Origin: Tricharina praecox
Taxonomy: Eukaryota
Direction: 5' to 3'
Assembly (NCBI RefSeq): GCF_024521635.1
Contig: NW_026250410.1
Location: forward strand, 1,054,001 to 1,118,000
DNA length: 64,000 nt
Positions within the stretch are counted from its first letter, which is position 1. Every line of letters starts with the position of its first letter. Below the pieces are notes generated by a model. The model ran no database searches. It was not told the DNA's origin and saw only the letters and a program-made list of their open reading frames with translations. This document shows positions 1 to 13,294 of the stretch, one piece after another. A program made the translations under genes and the position numbers.

Positions 1-315
1 AGTGATTTGTTTGTCGAGATGAGTGAGCACGTTTTCGAGCTCGTGATTGGGGCTACCCGGATTAATGATGATCTTTTCATGGTCTACAATGAGTATGGAA
101 GGAGGTTGCGGCTTATTCGCTTGGTGTAGTTAGGCCTCGTCCAACCGGGGGATTGGGGGGGTTGTCATCGGGAATTTGGGTTTAAACTGAGCGTAAAACA
201 TTTGCAGTAATTCTAGGATATGTACCAAGATATATATACAGAAAAAATAGACTCAAAAGACCGGTCATACATAGCACTCATCACGCACCTTCCATGCTCC
301 GCCAACTATCTACCA

Positions 316-3065
316 TTACACCGTGGTCTTCTTACTGAGCGGCAAGTTCCTGGAAGAATCACCGACATGAACGGTATATCCACCAGCCCCAGCACCCGGA
401 ATAACCCAATTCTGCAGCACGACGTCCCAGACACTCAGATCCTTCCTAGTGAGCTCGAAGGTGACCTGCTTCGCCTCGGTAGGTGCGAGCTCGATCTTCT
501 TGAAGCCGCGCAACTGGCGGATCGGTGTGTCGTACTTTATCCCGCTGGGGAACTCGAGGTACAGTTGCGGCACGGCCTTGCCCGTGACCTCGCCAGTGTT
601 CTGGACGCATATGGTCACCCGGTAGATCACGTCGCGGAGCGCGGGGTTGCCGCCTTGTGCGCCGCCGGCGGCAGGTGCGGGCGCGGGAGTCGTGGTGTAG
701 CCCGTTGGGTATGGGTATGCCCCCGTGGTGATCGTGGAGGGGTTGTCGAGGTAGGGGTAGATGTATTTGCTGATCCGCGTGGTGATATCTGAAGGCCATG
801 CGACCTCGAAGGCGGGCGGGATCGTGGTGGGGTAGACGGGGGTGGCGCCCTTTGCGGCGCGGGCGGGCGGGAGCTCGGAGGGCGCCGTGACGGTCTCGAT
901 CGAGATGTCGCTGTAGGTGAAGTCGGTGTAGGAGAGTCCGAAGCCGAAGGGGAAGCGTGGGGCGATACCCTGCTTGTCGAACCAGCGGTAGTCGATGTAG
1001 GCCTTTTCGGTGTATTCATTGTCCATCTTTCCGGAGCCTTGGGTGACGAGAGCAACGGAGGAGCCCCAGTCGGAAACCGCCTTACCCATGGTGTAGGGAA
1101 GGTGACCGGAGGGGGAGACATCACCAAAGAGGATCTCGGTGAGGGATGAGCCGGCTTCGCGGCCGGGAAGGTGAGCGTTAACGACGGCTTTGACGTTCGG
1201 ATGGTCGATCCACTTCTCGACGATGATGGGACCGACGGTGTGCATGATCACGATAGTGTTGGGACAGGCGTCCGCGACGGCGGTGACCAGCTCGTCACCG
1301 CTGTGCCAGGCGTACAAGCTGTTGCGGTCACCTTCGTTGCCGTCTACGGTGATGTAACGCTCGCCGGCATCAGCGCTGATGAACACGAGGCATTTGGAGT
1401 TCGCGGTGCCGGCCATCTGCTTGACCGCCGTGGTGACGTCGTCCTTAAGGATGGACTGGACGTTGGCAGCACGGGCACTGATGGCGGCGATGGGGGTTGA
1501 GATGTCGGGGTAGTAATCCGCGGTTCCGGATCCCCAGCCCATCCCCAAGACACCGCTGTTGCAGCCACGGTCGACGCAAGAATTACCACCGTTGGGGTTG
1601 GGACCAGCGTCGGAGCCGAATACGCGAATGGTGTCGGACTCCGCGATGGGCAGAGCGTTATCAACGTTCTTCAGGAGGGTGATACCATCCCTGGCAACAG
1701 CCTTAGCGATCTCAGCGTGATTGCCCCGAACATCGATGTGCTTGTTGACTGTGACGATGGGTCCGGTGTTGGCACCCTTGTAGAGGACATCAGTGTCGCT
1801 GGTGGTCCAGCTGGAGAAGGAAACGGGAGGGTAGTTCACGTCCTGGCCGAGTTGGTACCAAGCAGCGACGATACGGGTGACGGCGTCGTTCAAGCGGTCC
1901 ACGGGGACGCTGCTGTTCAGAACGGAGCGTGAAAGGGAGTCTCCCCACAGAGACTTGCCGTTGGCCCAAGATTCACCGTCTCCGGGTTGGGTCTGGTCGA
2001 GACCAGCGAGCATGTCCTCGACGCCCGAGCGTTGGGCAAGCCAATCAGCCATAACGTAGCCCTGGAAGCCGAGCTCGTCCTTCAACACGCCGTTGAGAAG
2101 CTTGCTGTTGGAGCAGGCGTAGGAACCGTTGACCATGTTATAGGAGCACATGACCGATGCCACACCGGCTCGCACCGCCTCGCTGAAGGGCCAAAGGTAC
2201 AGCTCGTGGAGGGTTCTGTCATCGATGTTCGACGAGACCGTGTTGTGGGCCCATCCATCACCACGGAAGTGTTCCTGCTCTGGTCATTGCGGAGTCCCCG
2301 TCAGTTTTCAAGTCCCACACACGATCCAAGGAGTTCAAAATATACATACCGTTGGCAATGTAGTGCTTAACGGTAGCCTGGACACCGGCGCCCTGAATAC
2401 CGCGAACGGACTCGAAAGCGCCGACTCCCTGGAGGTACGGGTCGGAACCGAATCCTTCCCAGTTCCTGCCACCGTCGGGGGACCTTCCGATGGGTCCAAC
2501 GGAAGGTCCCAGGAGGACATGGACTCCCTTCGCCTTGGCCTCGGCGCCCATGGCGGCAGCACGAGCGTACATGAGTTCTTCGTCCTGCTTGCGGTCAGAC
2601 CATGTACCATCCAAATCCACACGGTGCTATATCATACCCAAGTAGCACCCGTAGTGATTCCAGGGGGGAAGGCGGTGATCAGGTCGGCAAACCGTATCCC
2701 CAGAGGTCCATCCTGTGCGCAGATCGAGGGGAACCCGAGACGGTCAACGGGGCCGGTATTGCCAACACAGAGTCCTTGGGACCATCCTACATGAAAACCG
2801 TCAGAACCACCACCACCGAGCAAGGACCAAGAACTCAATGGCACAAACCGATCGTCGTAGTGATGTTGACCTTCTCGGCCAGTGTCATCTGGCCAACCAT
2901 CTGGGCGGCCTTCGCATAGGCAACGCTCCAGTCAGCGATCCAACCGCCCTTAGGCGACGGGTAGTAAGGCGGACTGTCGAAAGCACCGTTCTGTCGTCCA
3001 ACTAGAGGGCCAGCGTTCACGCCGGAAGCAGCCAATGCTGCGAATAGTAGCTGTTGAACCTTCAT
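316..3065 (-). CDS. Secreted GH3 beta-glucosidase (BglA/BglF-like), 4 exons: 3065-2849, 2786-2638, 2584-2350, 2279-316
   Basis: Signal peptide [20 protein letters not shown]3 motifs: [65 protein letters not shown] (nucleophile Asp). C-terminal FnIII-like QLRGFKK...[12 protein letters not shown] introns 2787-2848, 2585-2637 and 2280-2349 restore the frame. Confidence 0.95.
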
Positions 3066-6000
3066 CGTGATGCTCAAGTCGAAAGTGATTGATTGACCTA
3101 GGTATGCGTGCCGTAAAAACCATGGGAAAGCCCCCCATATACAGTATTTATATCTTTCACCGAACTATTTACTTTTCTCCCTGTCACAGTACGAGAGATG
3201 GCGGGTCGGAGTATCACTCCCGTAAAAGACATCCACCCCAGGAAGACAGCTAGAGTGCTAGAGTAGGTAGTTACCACCGGGCTTGCATGCATGCCTACGA
3301 TGCATCCGCTTGGAGATCCTAGGAAATTCTCCAGCGCAGCTTAGAAAAGCGAACGGCCGATGCCCAATGCGCTCACATCATAACCATCCAGCTGGCTCAG
3401 GCTCCGACCGATCTGCACTCATCCCAGCAGCCGCACAGGGAAGCTGTTGCGATAGAGTAACTGTAACATGCCCGACCACCGCCATGGACCGTGGAGAATC
3501 CATGATGTACCGACCTACACATGCATTAACTATCATGAGCAGCCTAAACATGCATAATAAAGCACAAAGTTCAAACTAATCGCAATATCGTCGGTTCTGC
3601 GGCCCGTGAATTCCTCACATCATACCTCCGTCTGCGGATAGGGATGTCTTGGAAGCGGAGTTGCGCGAGAGAGTGCCCGGTTTCCAAGGTTAACTGTTGG
3701 CAAAGACGCCTCCTTCCGGCCATCGCCTCCCACCTTGGCGGCCTTTGCAGTTTGAAGTTTCGCCGGCATTCGCTCCGTTCCGTGGGGTTCGTCATGTTCA
3801 TGTCTGCGAAAGGGGCGGCGCAAATGGTAGAGTATGTAGAGAACGGTATGCAGACGGAAGAGAGGCGCACATGTGGGAAGCAGCAACTCTGTTGGCGGTG
3901 TTTCAGGCGTCAGCTGTCTTTGAATCTCGATCGGTCCGTGCCGACGACGACGCCCGTCGCCGGAGGCGGCGGCAAGGCGTCAAGCAATCTCCGACGAAGA
4001 CCAACCGAGGAATATTCCCGAGACTTTATTTTTTATTTTTATGTTTATTTTTTGCGTATTTCGGAAGTTGGCTCATTGAGGGATGACCACCATTCGTGTC
4101 TCACAGACACAGCTCATACCGGTGCTCTGCATACAGTCTCCATCTCCGTTGGTGATAAGTCCTCAGCTGCCCGGCCATGTCCCGACGTTGACAGTTGAAC
4201 GGCATGTGGCACAGTCTAAGCGCGAACCGAACAGCCGCTCCGCACCGCCAGCCCCGTTTGACATCTCCATGTGGCGCAACATGCAGTAGCCATTCATGTG
4301 TGTATGTATGACGGCACAAAATGTATCTTGGAACGTCTACTTACTCTACATACTCTCTCCCCGTCCAAGCGACCAAGTGTTTGGTAGACTACGGTACCAA
4401 TGCCGTAGTACATACTGCATTCCCATCCCCTGCCTACCCGCCTCTCGTATTCCGCCTTTCATGCTCCAGCACGGGCGTCGTTCAACTCCGCAGATCTATC
4501 CGTTACTTCGGTCCTGCCCGTCTCGAGCACCCCCATCCATACATAACGCCCAGGAACCATCGAGAAATCCCCCGCAAAATTTCCCCACAACCAGGCCTAG
4601 TCCCCTGTATGTCGGTTGCACTGGTTAGTTAGCGGCAACGTGGCAGCGGCCGCACGATTGCCGGCCGGCGTGTCGTACCGGTTTTCCCCTCCTGACCTGG
4701 GTGGTGGTAATATATTGTAGGTAACTCCTGTTCCTCCCAACAATCGTGCAGAACGTGGCTTCTGACACTACCGGTATCATGACGCCTTTTCGAGCATCGT
4801 CCCTTCCTAGACCCCACAAGCTGCGATGGTGAATGCCGGTTAGTTGCGCAATGAACACCGAGGAGGAACGAATCGTTTTCTCGTAATAGGTACACTACCT
4901 ATGTTCCTACATAGCGGACACAACGCCGGGTTTTCTATGCATGCATGCTTCCGCTCCTCGTGGTCTTTGTATGCATGTGTATGCCTCGCGTGGAGGAGGA
5001 GGAGGAGGAGGACGAGGAACTCCACCGTCGATCCTCGTATTGCGTCCAAGAACCTAATCGCACCACGACCGAATACAGCAAGAGGAAAGCATCCCCCCTC
5101 CTCCCGGTGTCAAAGCCCGCTCGCTTCGAGTGGAGATCTGGGGCGCCGCAGGCCGGAGATCTGTCCGGCGTATATAGAGCAAAGCGAAGCACATGCTCCA
5201 ACTCCAGTTCTAGTTTTCGGCCACCATACTATACCGTATGTATTCATCCTCTGGGCAATCCCACGCCAGAAGTTCTTGGACCGGAGCATCCACTCTTTCC
5301 GCCGGCCGCCCAGAGCCGTGAGAGATCCTGGGACTGCGTTGTGAAGAGACTCCAGACTCGAGAGTGGTCGGATATCATACCGGCACTCTATTGAGCGCTT
5401 CGGCGGCCGGATAGACGGACCGTACCGTACCGTAGAGGAAGTAGAGTGCTCGGCGCCGGCGCCGGGCGGTGGCAGTCTTGGTCGTCTTGGTCGTGTTGAT
5501 CTCTTCTTCTGGCCGGCCCTGTGGAAGCGTAAAGTACCAGGTAAGTACCTATCCAGGTGGGCACTCAATGGGTAGATTGCGTTTATACCGTATCCTTGCT
5601 CGGAATCAATTTGTTGTTTTTCTTATTGTATGACAGCTGTTCCTTCATCGACCGCAACCTAGGTTCGGTATATAGTAGGCTATGGCAAGTGCAAGGGGAC
5701 CATACTAGTGACTACAAAGAGTCACCACGCGAGAGGTTCGGACTGCGGAGCAAGAATCCATGATGAACGCTGAGAAGTACTGAACCACTACACCGCACTC
5801 GACCGTACAGTATTAAATCATGGCCAGTTACCGTACTCTATATGAGCAGTTGTTTCCGTCTCCTTCTCCTCGGCAAATTCGTACCCGCAATTCCCTTCTA
5901 TCATGAATCGTGAGTGGACAACAAGCCCGAGTGCTGATACTGTATGAGGAACTTCCAATGACGACCTGTGGAAGACCTGTGGTACACGGCAAAGTCCAAA

Positions 6001-6154
6001 ATCTCCTCTAAACCCCCTCATGTATTCATGTATGGTTCTGCGCAACGATAGCGTACAGTCTACACAACCCTCTACACAACCCTATAACCATCCCTATATC
6101 CACCCCCTCCCCCTCCCCCTCCCCTCCCCCCGCCCCCCTCCGCCGCCCTGGAGT

Positions 6155-7873
6155 TCAAATCTTCAATCCTCCATGGTAATTGCTCGCGACAGCCTGCAGC
6201 AGCTGCGTGGCAATCGCCGTTCCAGGCGGCAACCTTATATCACCCTGTTGATCACCCGTTAACACCACCATTTGTTTCCCTCCGTCGCGTCCCCATACTC
6301 ACCTCCTGGAACCCCTCCGGCAGTGCCGCATCCAATCCCGCCGCCGGCCGCGTGAGCATGTCCTTGACGAAGGAGATGGGAAACCATTTCGCCTCTGGTG
6401 ATTCGTCGTCAGTAGTGTTACTTGAGGGGATAGGTATCTAGGGTGGTGGTGGGGGAGGGGGGAATACGTTGTAGCTCGGGGTCATGTTCCAAGTGGATCT
6501 CCTCGCCACCGGGGAGCGCCTCGCCGATGCAGCCGAGCATGAGCGAGTTCGGGTAGGGCCAAGGCTGTGAGGAGTGTACCACTACGCGGCCTACGCGCAC
6601 GCCGGCCTCTTCCCAGGTCTCGCGGCGAACGGCTTCTTCCACGCTCTCGGCCGGCTCGACGAAGCCTGCGAGGCAGGAGTAGAAGCTAGTCTTGTCAGCG
6701 GAGTGAGAGGAAACGTGGGAGGAGACACACTGTTCCGGCCAGCGGCGTTGGCGCCCGAGCAGGACTTTGTCGCCGGCCATGTTGACGATCGCCATGATTA
6801 CTGTGGGGTCGGTCCGCGGGAACTGCAGGCCGTCAATACCCCTCTCTCCACCACTACCGCCATCACCACAGTAGCCGGGAGAAAACGAACAGCAATGTTG
6901 TGTACTCCCTTCCGGCTGACACACGGCGTTCTCTCCACCGGCGTTTTATCGCCGTCTTTCTGCAGCGCCTTATCAAAGCCCGGGCAAACCCTCTTCGTGC
7001 CAGCATGGACCGCAATCGTTGCGCCACCGCAGGCGGAGCAAAACTATCCAGCCCAATTAGTATACCCTCACCCCACCGCCGTATCCCCAGCGCATACCCT
7101 ATTCCTATTATTCCAATCCATGACAGCCCTGGCCTGTCCCAGAATCGCGGCATGTTCCCTCTCCAACTTAAGATCGAGCCTGGTCTTCCTCCACTCGCCC
7201 TCGACGCCCTCGGGGGTCCAATCACCCACCGCAACCGCAAAATACGGGCGGCCCTTGTAAACGCTCCCGCCCTCCCTCTTGGCCCACTCGAACCCGGCGT
7301 CGCCATCGCTCTCGTCCAAGCCTAGGAACAGCAGCGTTGGCGGCGCCGCGAGCCGCGAGTCGTACGATGCGATGAGATCGTCTTCGTCCTGCGCGTACGG
7401 CGCGCCGATGAAGGACTCTACCACGGAGAAGGGGACGAACGCGAGGTGCGTGTTCGACGTTGACAGTGGGTCCAAGTCACCGTTGAGGAGCAGGAAGTGC
7501 GCTTGCGGGAGCGCGGCGCTGAGGAAGGCGGTCGAGCCTCGAAGGAAGGAGACACGGTTGAGCGGGGAACCTGAGGGGTGTTAACGGCTTGGACTACCTA
7601 CATGTGCGGGGGAGCAGGGGCATGCTACGCACCAGAGAAGTAGTTGATCACCTCGGGGCCGAACTTGCTGCTGATATTGCCGTCTGCGAACTCGGTGCGG
7701 ACGGCGGCGGCGTTGCCGGCGTTGTAGGTTGCGTTGGCGACACTCATGGTACTGGTAAAGTTGCTTGGGAGTATGTACGAGTAATTTCTTCTTCCTGTGA
7801 TAATCCCTGTTCTGAGGTTGAAGCTGGTGGTCGTTATTCTTATACTCGATATAATCCGGACGATGTTGCGCAT
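6155..7873 (-). CDS. NPY1: NADH diphosphatase (Nudix, NPY1/NUDT12-NudC family), multi-exon; starts at ATG 7873 (long form) or ATG 7747 (short form)
   Basis: NYFSGSPLNRVSFLR; ARAVMDWNNRNRFCSACG; FPRTDPTVIMAI; Nudix box AGFVEPAESVEEAVRRETWEEAG; SQPWPYPNSLMLGC. The spliced last exon reads GDIRLPPGTAIATQLLQAVASNYHGGLKI* (TGA 6157-6155). Confidence 0.93.
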
Positions 7874-8237
7874 CCTACGAAATCCATCTATGACGAAATA
7901 TCCCCAGAGCCCTGCTTTATACTCTATGTGGTGCGGTAGGTACCCCGCAGGAGCTGGACGCCAGGAACAAACAAGCGCGCCCCCGGAGATAAACAGCCAT
8001 TGGAGGATTATTAATTCGGCTTTTGCGGTTGTATTTCCTGTGCTAAAAGCATCTAGGACAGTGCATCCCAATCCGGCCCGCTTACGATTACTCTAAAGTT
8101 CACGGATCTCCGTGGTGCAGCGCGGGTGATAACCCGTGAATATCAGCTACTCTACATAGATTCTATCTACACGCACTCACTTCACGGATTCTCCGTACAG
8201 AAGCGAATTCCCCTCTCCCCCCCTTCTGAGTCCCGCA

Positions 8238-8444
8238 TCAACGCCTCTCAAACAAATCATACCCATCCGGCGGTCTCCTCGGAGTAGGAGCCTCGACTCC
8301 ATATCCCACGCCGGGAATCCAACCACGTAACTGCGGGCTGCCCCACTCTCCCCACTCCCACTGGAAGCCCTGTGGTGGCCGCCACGGCGGCGGCGGCGCT
8401 GTTTGCCGGGGTTGTCGGGGTTTGGGGCGACGGCTAAGGCACAT
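8238..8444 (-). CDS. Possible small orphan protein (68 aa, Pro/Trp/Gly-rich)
   Basis: ATG ORF preceded by a C/A-rich leader like the 5' UTRs of neighbouring genes, with a TATA-like element near 8693-8699. No recognisable family. Confidence 0.35.
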   Translation of the reverse strand: MCLSRRPKPRQPRQTAPPPPWRPPQGFQWEWGEWGSPQLRGWIPGVGYGVEAPTPRRPPDGYDLFERR

Positions 8445-9816
8445 GCTGGGTGGATGCGTGCGTGCGCTGGGAGGGGCGGTGGGTTGTTGCTGGTGTTGTT
8501 GTGAGGTGGGTTGGGCGGTGGGCGGTGAGTGATGGCTTATGGTTTATGCTCTAGCGGCGGTGAGTTAAGTGATTATGCTGGTGAGTGTTTCTCTGAATTG
8601 GTATGGCAATGGCAGCAGCAGTGGTGGACAGTGGTGGATCTCTGCAAGGGTGAATGATAACTCCCCGTCTCCCCAGCGAGGAGCAGCGGGGCTTATATCT
8701 ATCTGCATAGCCTTCGTCTAGTTGCCCATTGCGTAGAAATATCCCTCTATCTACTTGCTTCCTATACTTGGTACTTTCAAGTAGATATGTTTACATCTCT
8801 CCTCGTCATCCAATGTACCTAGGCCATTTCCCCCACACAATAGAAGTACCAATTGTCGACGCTGCCATCCGATCTTCCACACTTCTACACTCCTTCATTG
8901 AAGCTCACTCACTCAGATCGGAAATTCGACGATTAAATGACTTCAAGTGCTACCTGTCATACTTGAAGGTAGATCGCATCCAATCGATAACCAAACAAAG
9001 AAACAAAACCTAAGTAGGAATTATCATGCGTGATCTAAACCATAGTGGAGTGGAATCTGCCACGATCACCAGTACTCCAATAAGGTCAAATTCAACAACG
9101 AAACAACAAAACAACAAAACCCGATCCACCGAAGTAGTCTCGACACTCGACGAGCACAGAAGGTAATTCCCTGGATCAATAATCTCCAGCAAGTAAGATG
9201 CAAGTAAGAAGTATCTTTCACATAGACGGATCTTTAAGTGGTAGTTAATATGTTTTACGCCCTCTCCCTCTCCCTTCCCCTACTCCTCCATCTCATCCCC
9301 TCCTCCCATCCCCTCCCCTCCTCTCCCATCCCATCCCTTCCTATCCTCCTCTCTTCCCAATCCACCAAAGAATACAAATGGAAAAAAATAAACGAAAACA
9401 TACAGAACAGGAACAGGCGGACCAAGACAAAGCAGGACAAAGACAAAGCAACGCATTCGCGGCCCCAAAACACCGCACACAAAGGAACGTTTTGAGAATA
9501 GCAGCATACGTAGTAAGAAGCAGTAGTAGCAGTAGTAGCAGTAGTAAGGTTGGTGAGAAAGACAACGGAAAAAAAAAGCAGGCTCAACTAGCAGGAATGC
9601 AACACCGCTCTAGGTAAGTGAATCGAGTCCCGTCCCTTTCCACCCGTTACTTTATCCCTTTCTACCCCACCTCCACCCCCATATCCACCCCATCCCGCCA
9701 GCCTATCCCATCCCCTTCCACCAGGCACAAGACTTATTATAAGCATCCTCCATCCACCGGTCCCGTCCATCGATCCGCCATTACACACGCACACACACAC
9801 AGCGCCGGCGATCGGA

Positions 9817-11037
9817 TTAGAAGAAGAACCACGCGAGGAGGAACGTGGCCAGGCATAGAGCGGCGCAGATCTGGACGGGGATACCCTCCGGAGGATGGGT
9901 CATCACGCCCATACCAGCAGCGCCCTCTGTGACGCGGCCCTTCGCATCGGCTGCAGCACCCGCGGTCCTACGCAGTCGCGAACCCACACTGTTGAGTTCC
10001 GAGTCCAGACGCGCAGTGGCGTTGTTGAGCTCTACTTCTAGACGTGCGATGGTCGCCCGCGCAGCTGCCAGCTCTGATGAGGTGTTACCGTCGTTGGCAG
10101 TGGTGGGCCGGCCGTTGTCGCCCGCGGGAGTGGCATAAGGTGGCGGCGAGGACATGAACTATCTCGATATTAGTAATCTTGCCATCGAGGGAGGGAGGGG
10201 TTGTAAGGTACCGAAGCCTCGCGGTTGGCGTTATCGCTGATGCTGGCGCCATCATGGACACTTCCAGTGCTCTCGCCCGCCGGCAGGTACACGACGCGAA
10301 TTTTGCGTTCGCGAATCGCCGACTTCTCAGTTTTCTCGACGTGTGACCACTATCGGTGAGAGAATTAGCGCGTTCACGAAGCGGGAAGGATGGGGGACAG
10401 CTAGAATGGAATGGCACGCACTATCTCCTGCACGTTGGTAGCCTCGCGGTCGGCAGTGATGCTGATCGACTGCACCAGGAATTTGTCGCGACACTTGTAG
10501 TCGGCCGGGGGGTCACTCTTCATCGTCTGCAGGAGCACTATCGTTTCGTCGTCACCGTCAGAATTACATCACATCACAGGGGCGAGTGAGAGTGAGAGTG
10601 AGAATGGGAGTGAGAGCGTACCCTGAACCTCGACCTCCTTTCCCGACTCGATGCGGCCAGAGTTGGGACGGACACAGTATCTGCCGAGGCACAGTCAGTA
10701 GACGTCACCCCATGGGCTCGGGAATGGGGAGGGGGGCACGTACTGCTTCGGGGCGGTCGTCTTGACCTGTGGTGCTCGGGGTGTCGCATGTCAGTGGGAG
10801 TTCTCCGTTGCACTTGCAGCTCTGCGCTCAGAGGAGTTGGAGGAGTGGGAGGAGGTGTGCGCAGCAGTACCTTGAAGACGACGGGCTCGAAGTTGGGATT
10901 CCTGATGTGCAGCGTCTGTGTGACTTCGGAAGTGAAGGGACCTGTGGAGCCAGTCGAGTAAGGATATGTTGTCCCGACGAAAGGAGGGAATACTGACGCT
11001 GAAAAGTTAGCTCGGATGGATCAAGCTCGATACTCAT
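9817..11037 (-). CDS. SCS2: VAMP-associated protein (MSP domain, coiled coil, C-terminal TM anchor)
   Basis: Spliced MSIELDPSELTFQRPFTSEV...VFKVKTTAPKQYCVRPNSGRIE...DYKCRDKFLVQS...EERKIRVVYL. The tail GIPVQICAALCLATFLLAWFFF is typical of fungal VAPs. Confidence 0.93.
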
Positions 11038-11809
11038 GATGGCTGCGGGAGCTGTTGTGGTGGTGGTTTCGGTGGTGGGGGGCGGGTGTTGTGAGTGAGA
11101 AAGTCGCGGGTTGGACGTAGTGGGTGTGGGTTGTGTTTTGGTGTTGGGTTGGTAGGTGGATGTGTTGCGATCGAGGGGGTGGTGTTGTAATAGGCCGGGT
11201 TGGGGGGTGTTGTCTAAGCGGATTGCGTCGAAGATGAGACGGGACTGTAAGTGTCTCTTTTTCTTGGAGGTATCCACCCAGCAGTGAGGACTTATGTAAG
11301 GAAGCAAGTGAGTTTGGTCGGCTCTGAATGGGGATTATTTTTTCGATGATATGGAGAAGAGCAGTAGATCTGGGGACGGATGGGGTTTTGCGATGGCGAA
11401 CTTTTTGTGTGCCGTCAGCTCTGTTTTTCTTCCCGCTCGTGCTCTCTCGTGTTGACAAATATCCGGGAACAACGATCTGTCGACAAGCAAGAGAGCAGAT
11501 CAGAGCAAGCAAGCGCCGCATGCGGCTCGGCAGGCTGACGTGGCTGTGCACCAGCCCGTAGAATTGGGAGCGTGGCAATATGCACGCAAGCCACACATTG
11601 CGGGGAACTGCTGGCATAAGTACATAGCGGGCGGGAGCATGCAGCACCACCAGCAGCAGCAGCAGCTTCTAGACAAAAGAACAAGCTTCTCGCCAGCTTC
11701 TCAACGACCCGTTAACTAAACCCATCTCTGCCCCTCCTCAACCACATAGACCATCATCCATCGAAGCAGCGAAGCAGCAAAACAACCAATCCTCCCAGCA
11801 CCAGCGACA

Positions 11810-13027
11810 ATGGTTCAAACCGACTACGACGCCCTCCTCGAGATGGGTTTCGACCCCGAGCGCACGCGGCTAGCCGTGGACAGGACCAAGGGTCGTGAGT
11901 TATCTCCGCTCCTTTATGCATTTATTGTTGTTAAACCGTCCCTTCATCACAGTCCAGGATGCCATCGACTGGCTCGACAAGAACTCCTCTAAGTCTCTCG
12001 ACGAGCTCACCAGCAGCAAGCCCGCGCAAGCTCTCGGCACCGCCACCGCTTCGTCCTCATCCTCGGGAGACCTCGATGCCGACGGCGACCGCGCCGAGGC
12101 TAGCGGCACCGCGGCCAGTCTCAAGTGCTCCGACTGCGGAAAACTTTTCTCGTCGGCGGACCGCGCGCAGTTCCATGCAAGCAGGACGTTCGTCTCCCCT
12201 CTTGTGACGGGTGGATAGTGGTGGTGGCGAAGGGATGGCTGACGGATGGGACGGAGGATAGTGATCACCAGAACTTTGAGGAGTCGACGGAGGCTATCGT
12301 GCCGTTGACGGAGGAGGAGAAGAAGGCGAAGCTTGTGGAGCTGCGCGAGAGGTAGATACCACGCACCGTCCATTCTGCGATGCCCCATCTAAAAGCACCA
12401 GACTCGCGGCCAAGCGCGCCGCGCAATCCACCATCGACCTAGCCGAAACCAAGCGGAACGAGGCGATCCGGCGCAAGAAGACGCAAGAGACCGAGCAGCT
12501 GAAGGAAGACATGCGGCGCAAGGAGCAGATGAAGGCTGTCGAGGCCAACAAGCGCGAGAAGCTCGAGGACGCCAAGGCCAAGGAGCGCGTCAAGCAGAAG
12601 ATCCGCGAGCAGCAGGAGATGAAGCGTGCCGCCGCCGAGAGGGAGAAGGCGCAGAGGGAGGGCAGAGCCGTTCCTGAGGCTGCTGCCTCCGCTGCCCCCG
12701 CTGCCCCCGTCGAACAGCCAAAGAGGGTCATCGCCAGTCACTCGGAAGCGAGGCTGCAGCTTAGGCTTCCCGCTGGTCAACAGCCGCTCATCAAGACTTT
12801 CCCTGCTGAGACTACGCTTTTCGAGGTGGCCAGCGCGGTGCAGGAGGAGAGAGGTATGTGTGCACTCGGGCGGGATCGTATGTGATTATTTGCTGATGTG
12901 GTTAGGATTCGCTCCGACTTCGTTCACCATGACTTTCCCACGCAAGGTTTTCCAGCAAGGAATCGACTTTGGCCTGACATTGAAGGAGGCTGGCATGGTT
13001 CCTTCCTGTGCTCTGATAGTCAGCTGA
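11810..13027 (+). CDS. UBA - C2H2 zinc finger - UBX protein (UBXN1/SAKS1-like p97/Cdc48 cofactor), 5 exons
   Basis: UBA: LLEMGFDPER...LQDAIDWL. Zinc finger: CSDCGKLF...AQFHASRTDHQNFEES. Charged coiled coil. UBX: ARLQLRLP...FPAETTLFEV...FPRKVF...LKEAGMVPSCALIV. Confidence 0.9.
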
Positions 13028-13294
13028 TCGATCGGTATGGCTAGAACTGGACGGGACTCTATATTAGTTGCATGGTAGCATAAGTTTTCTGTCACTGGGA
13101 ACAGAATGCTCAGTTCTCGAAGTCATCGTAATGCAAACAAACTGATATTGAAAAACAAAGCCATCTACATGACAAAATAAGAGTAAACAAAAATACAGGC
13201 CAGAGCAATGCTATACCATGCCATTCTCATGCTAATAGAACAAATATACACGCTACTCCACTACGCATCTTACATTACAAGACCCACCACCGCG

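Noticed and set aside
4844..5568. Overlapping 150-170-aa ORFs upstream of the GH3 gene
   Set aside because: No motifs or coherent splice model; the poly-Glu is a (GAG)n microsatellite.
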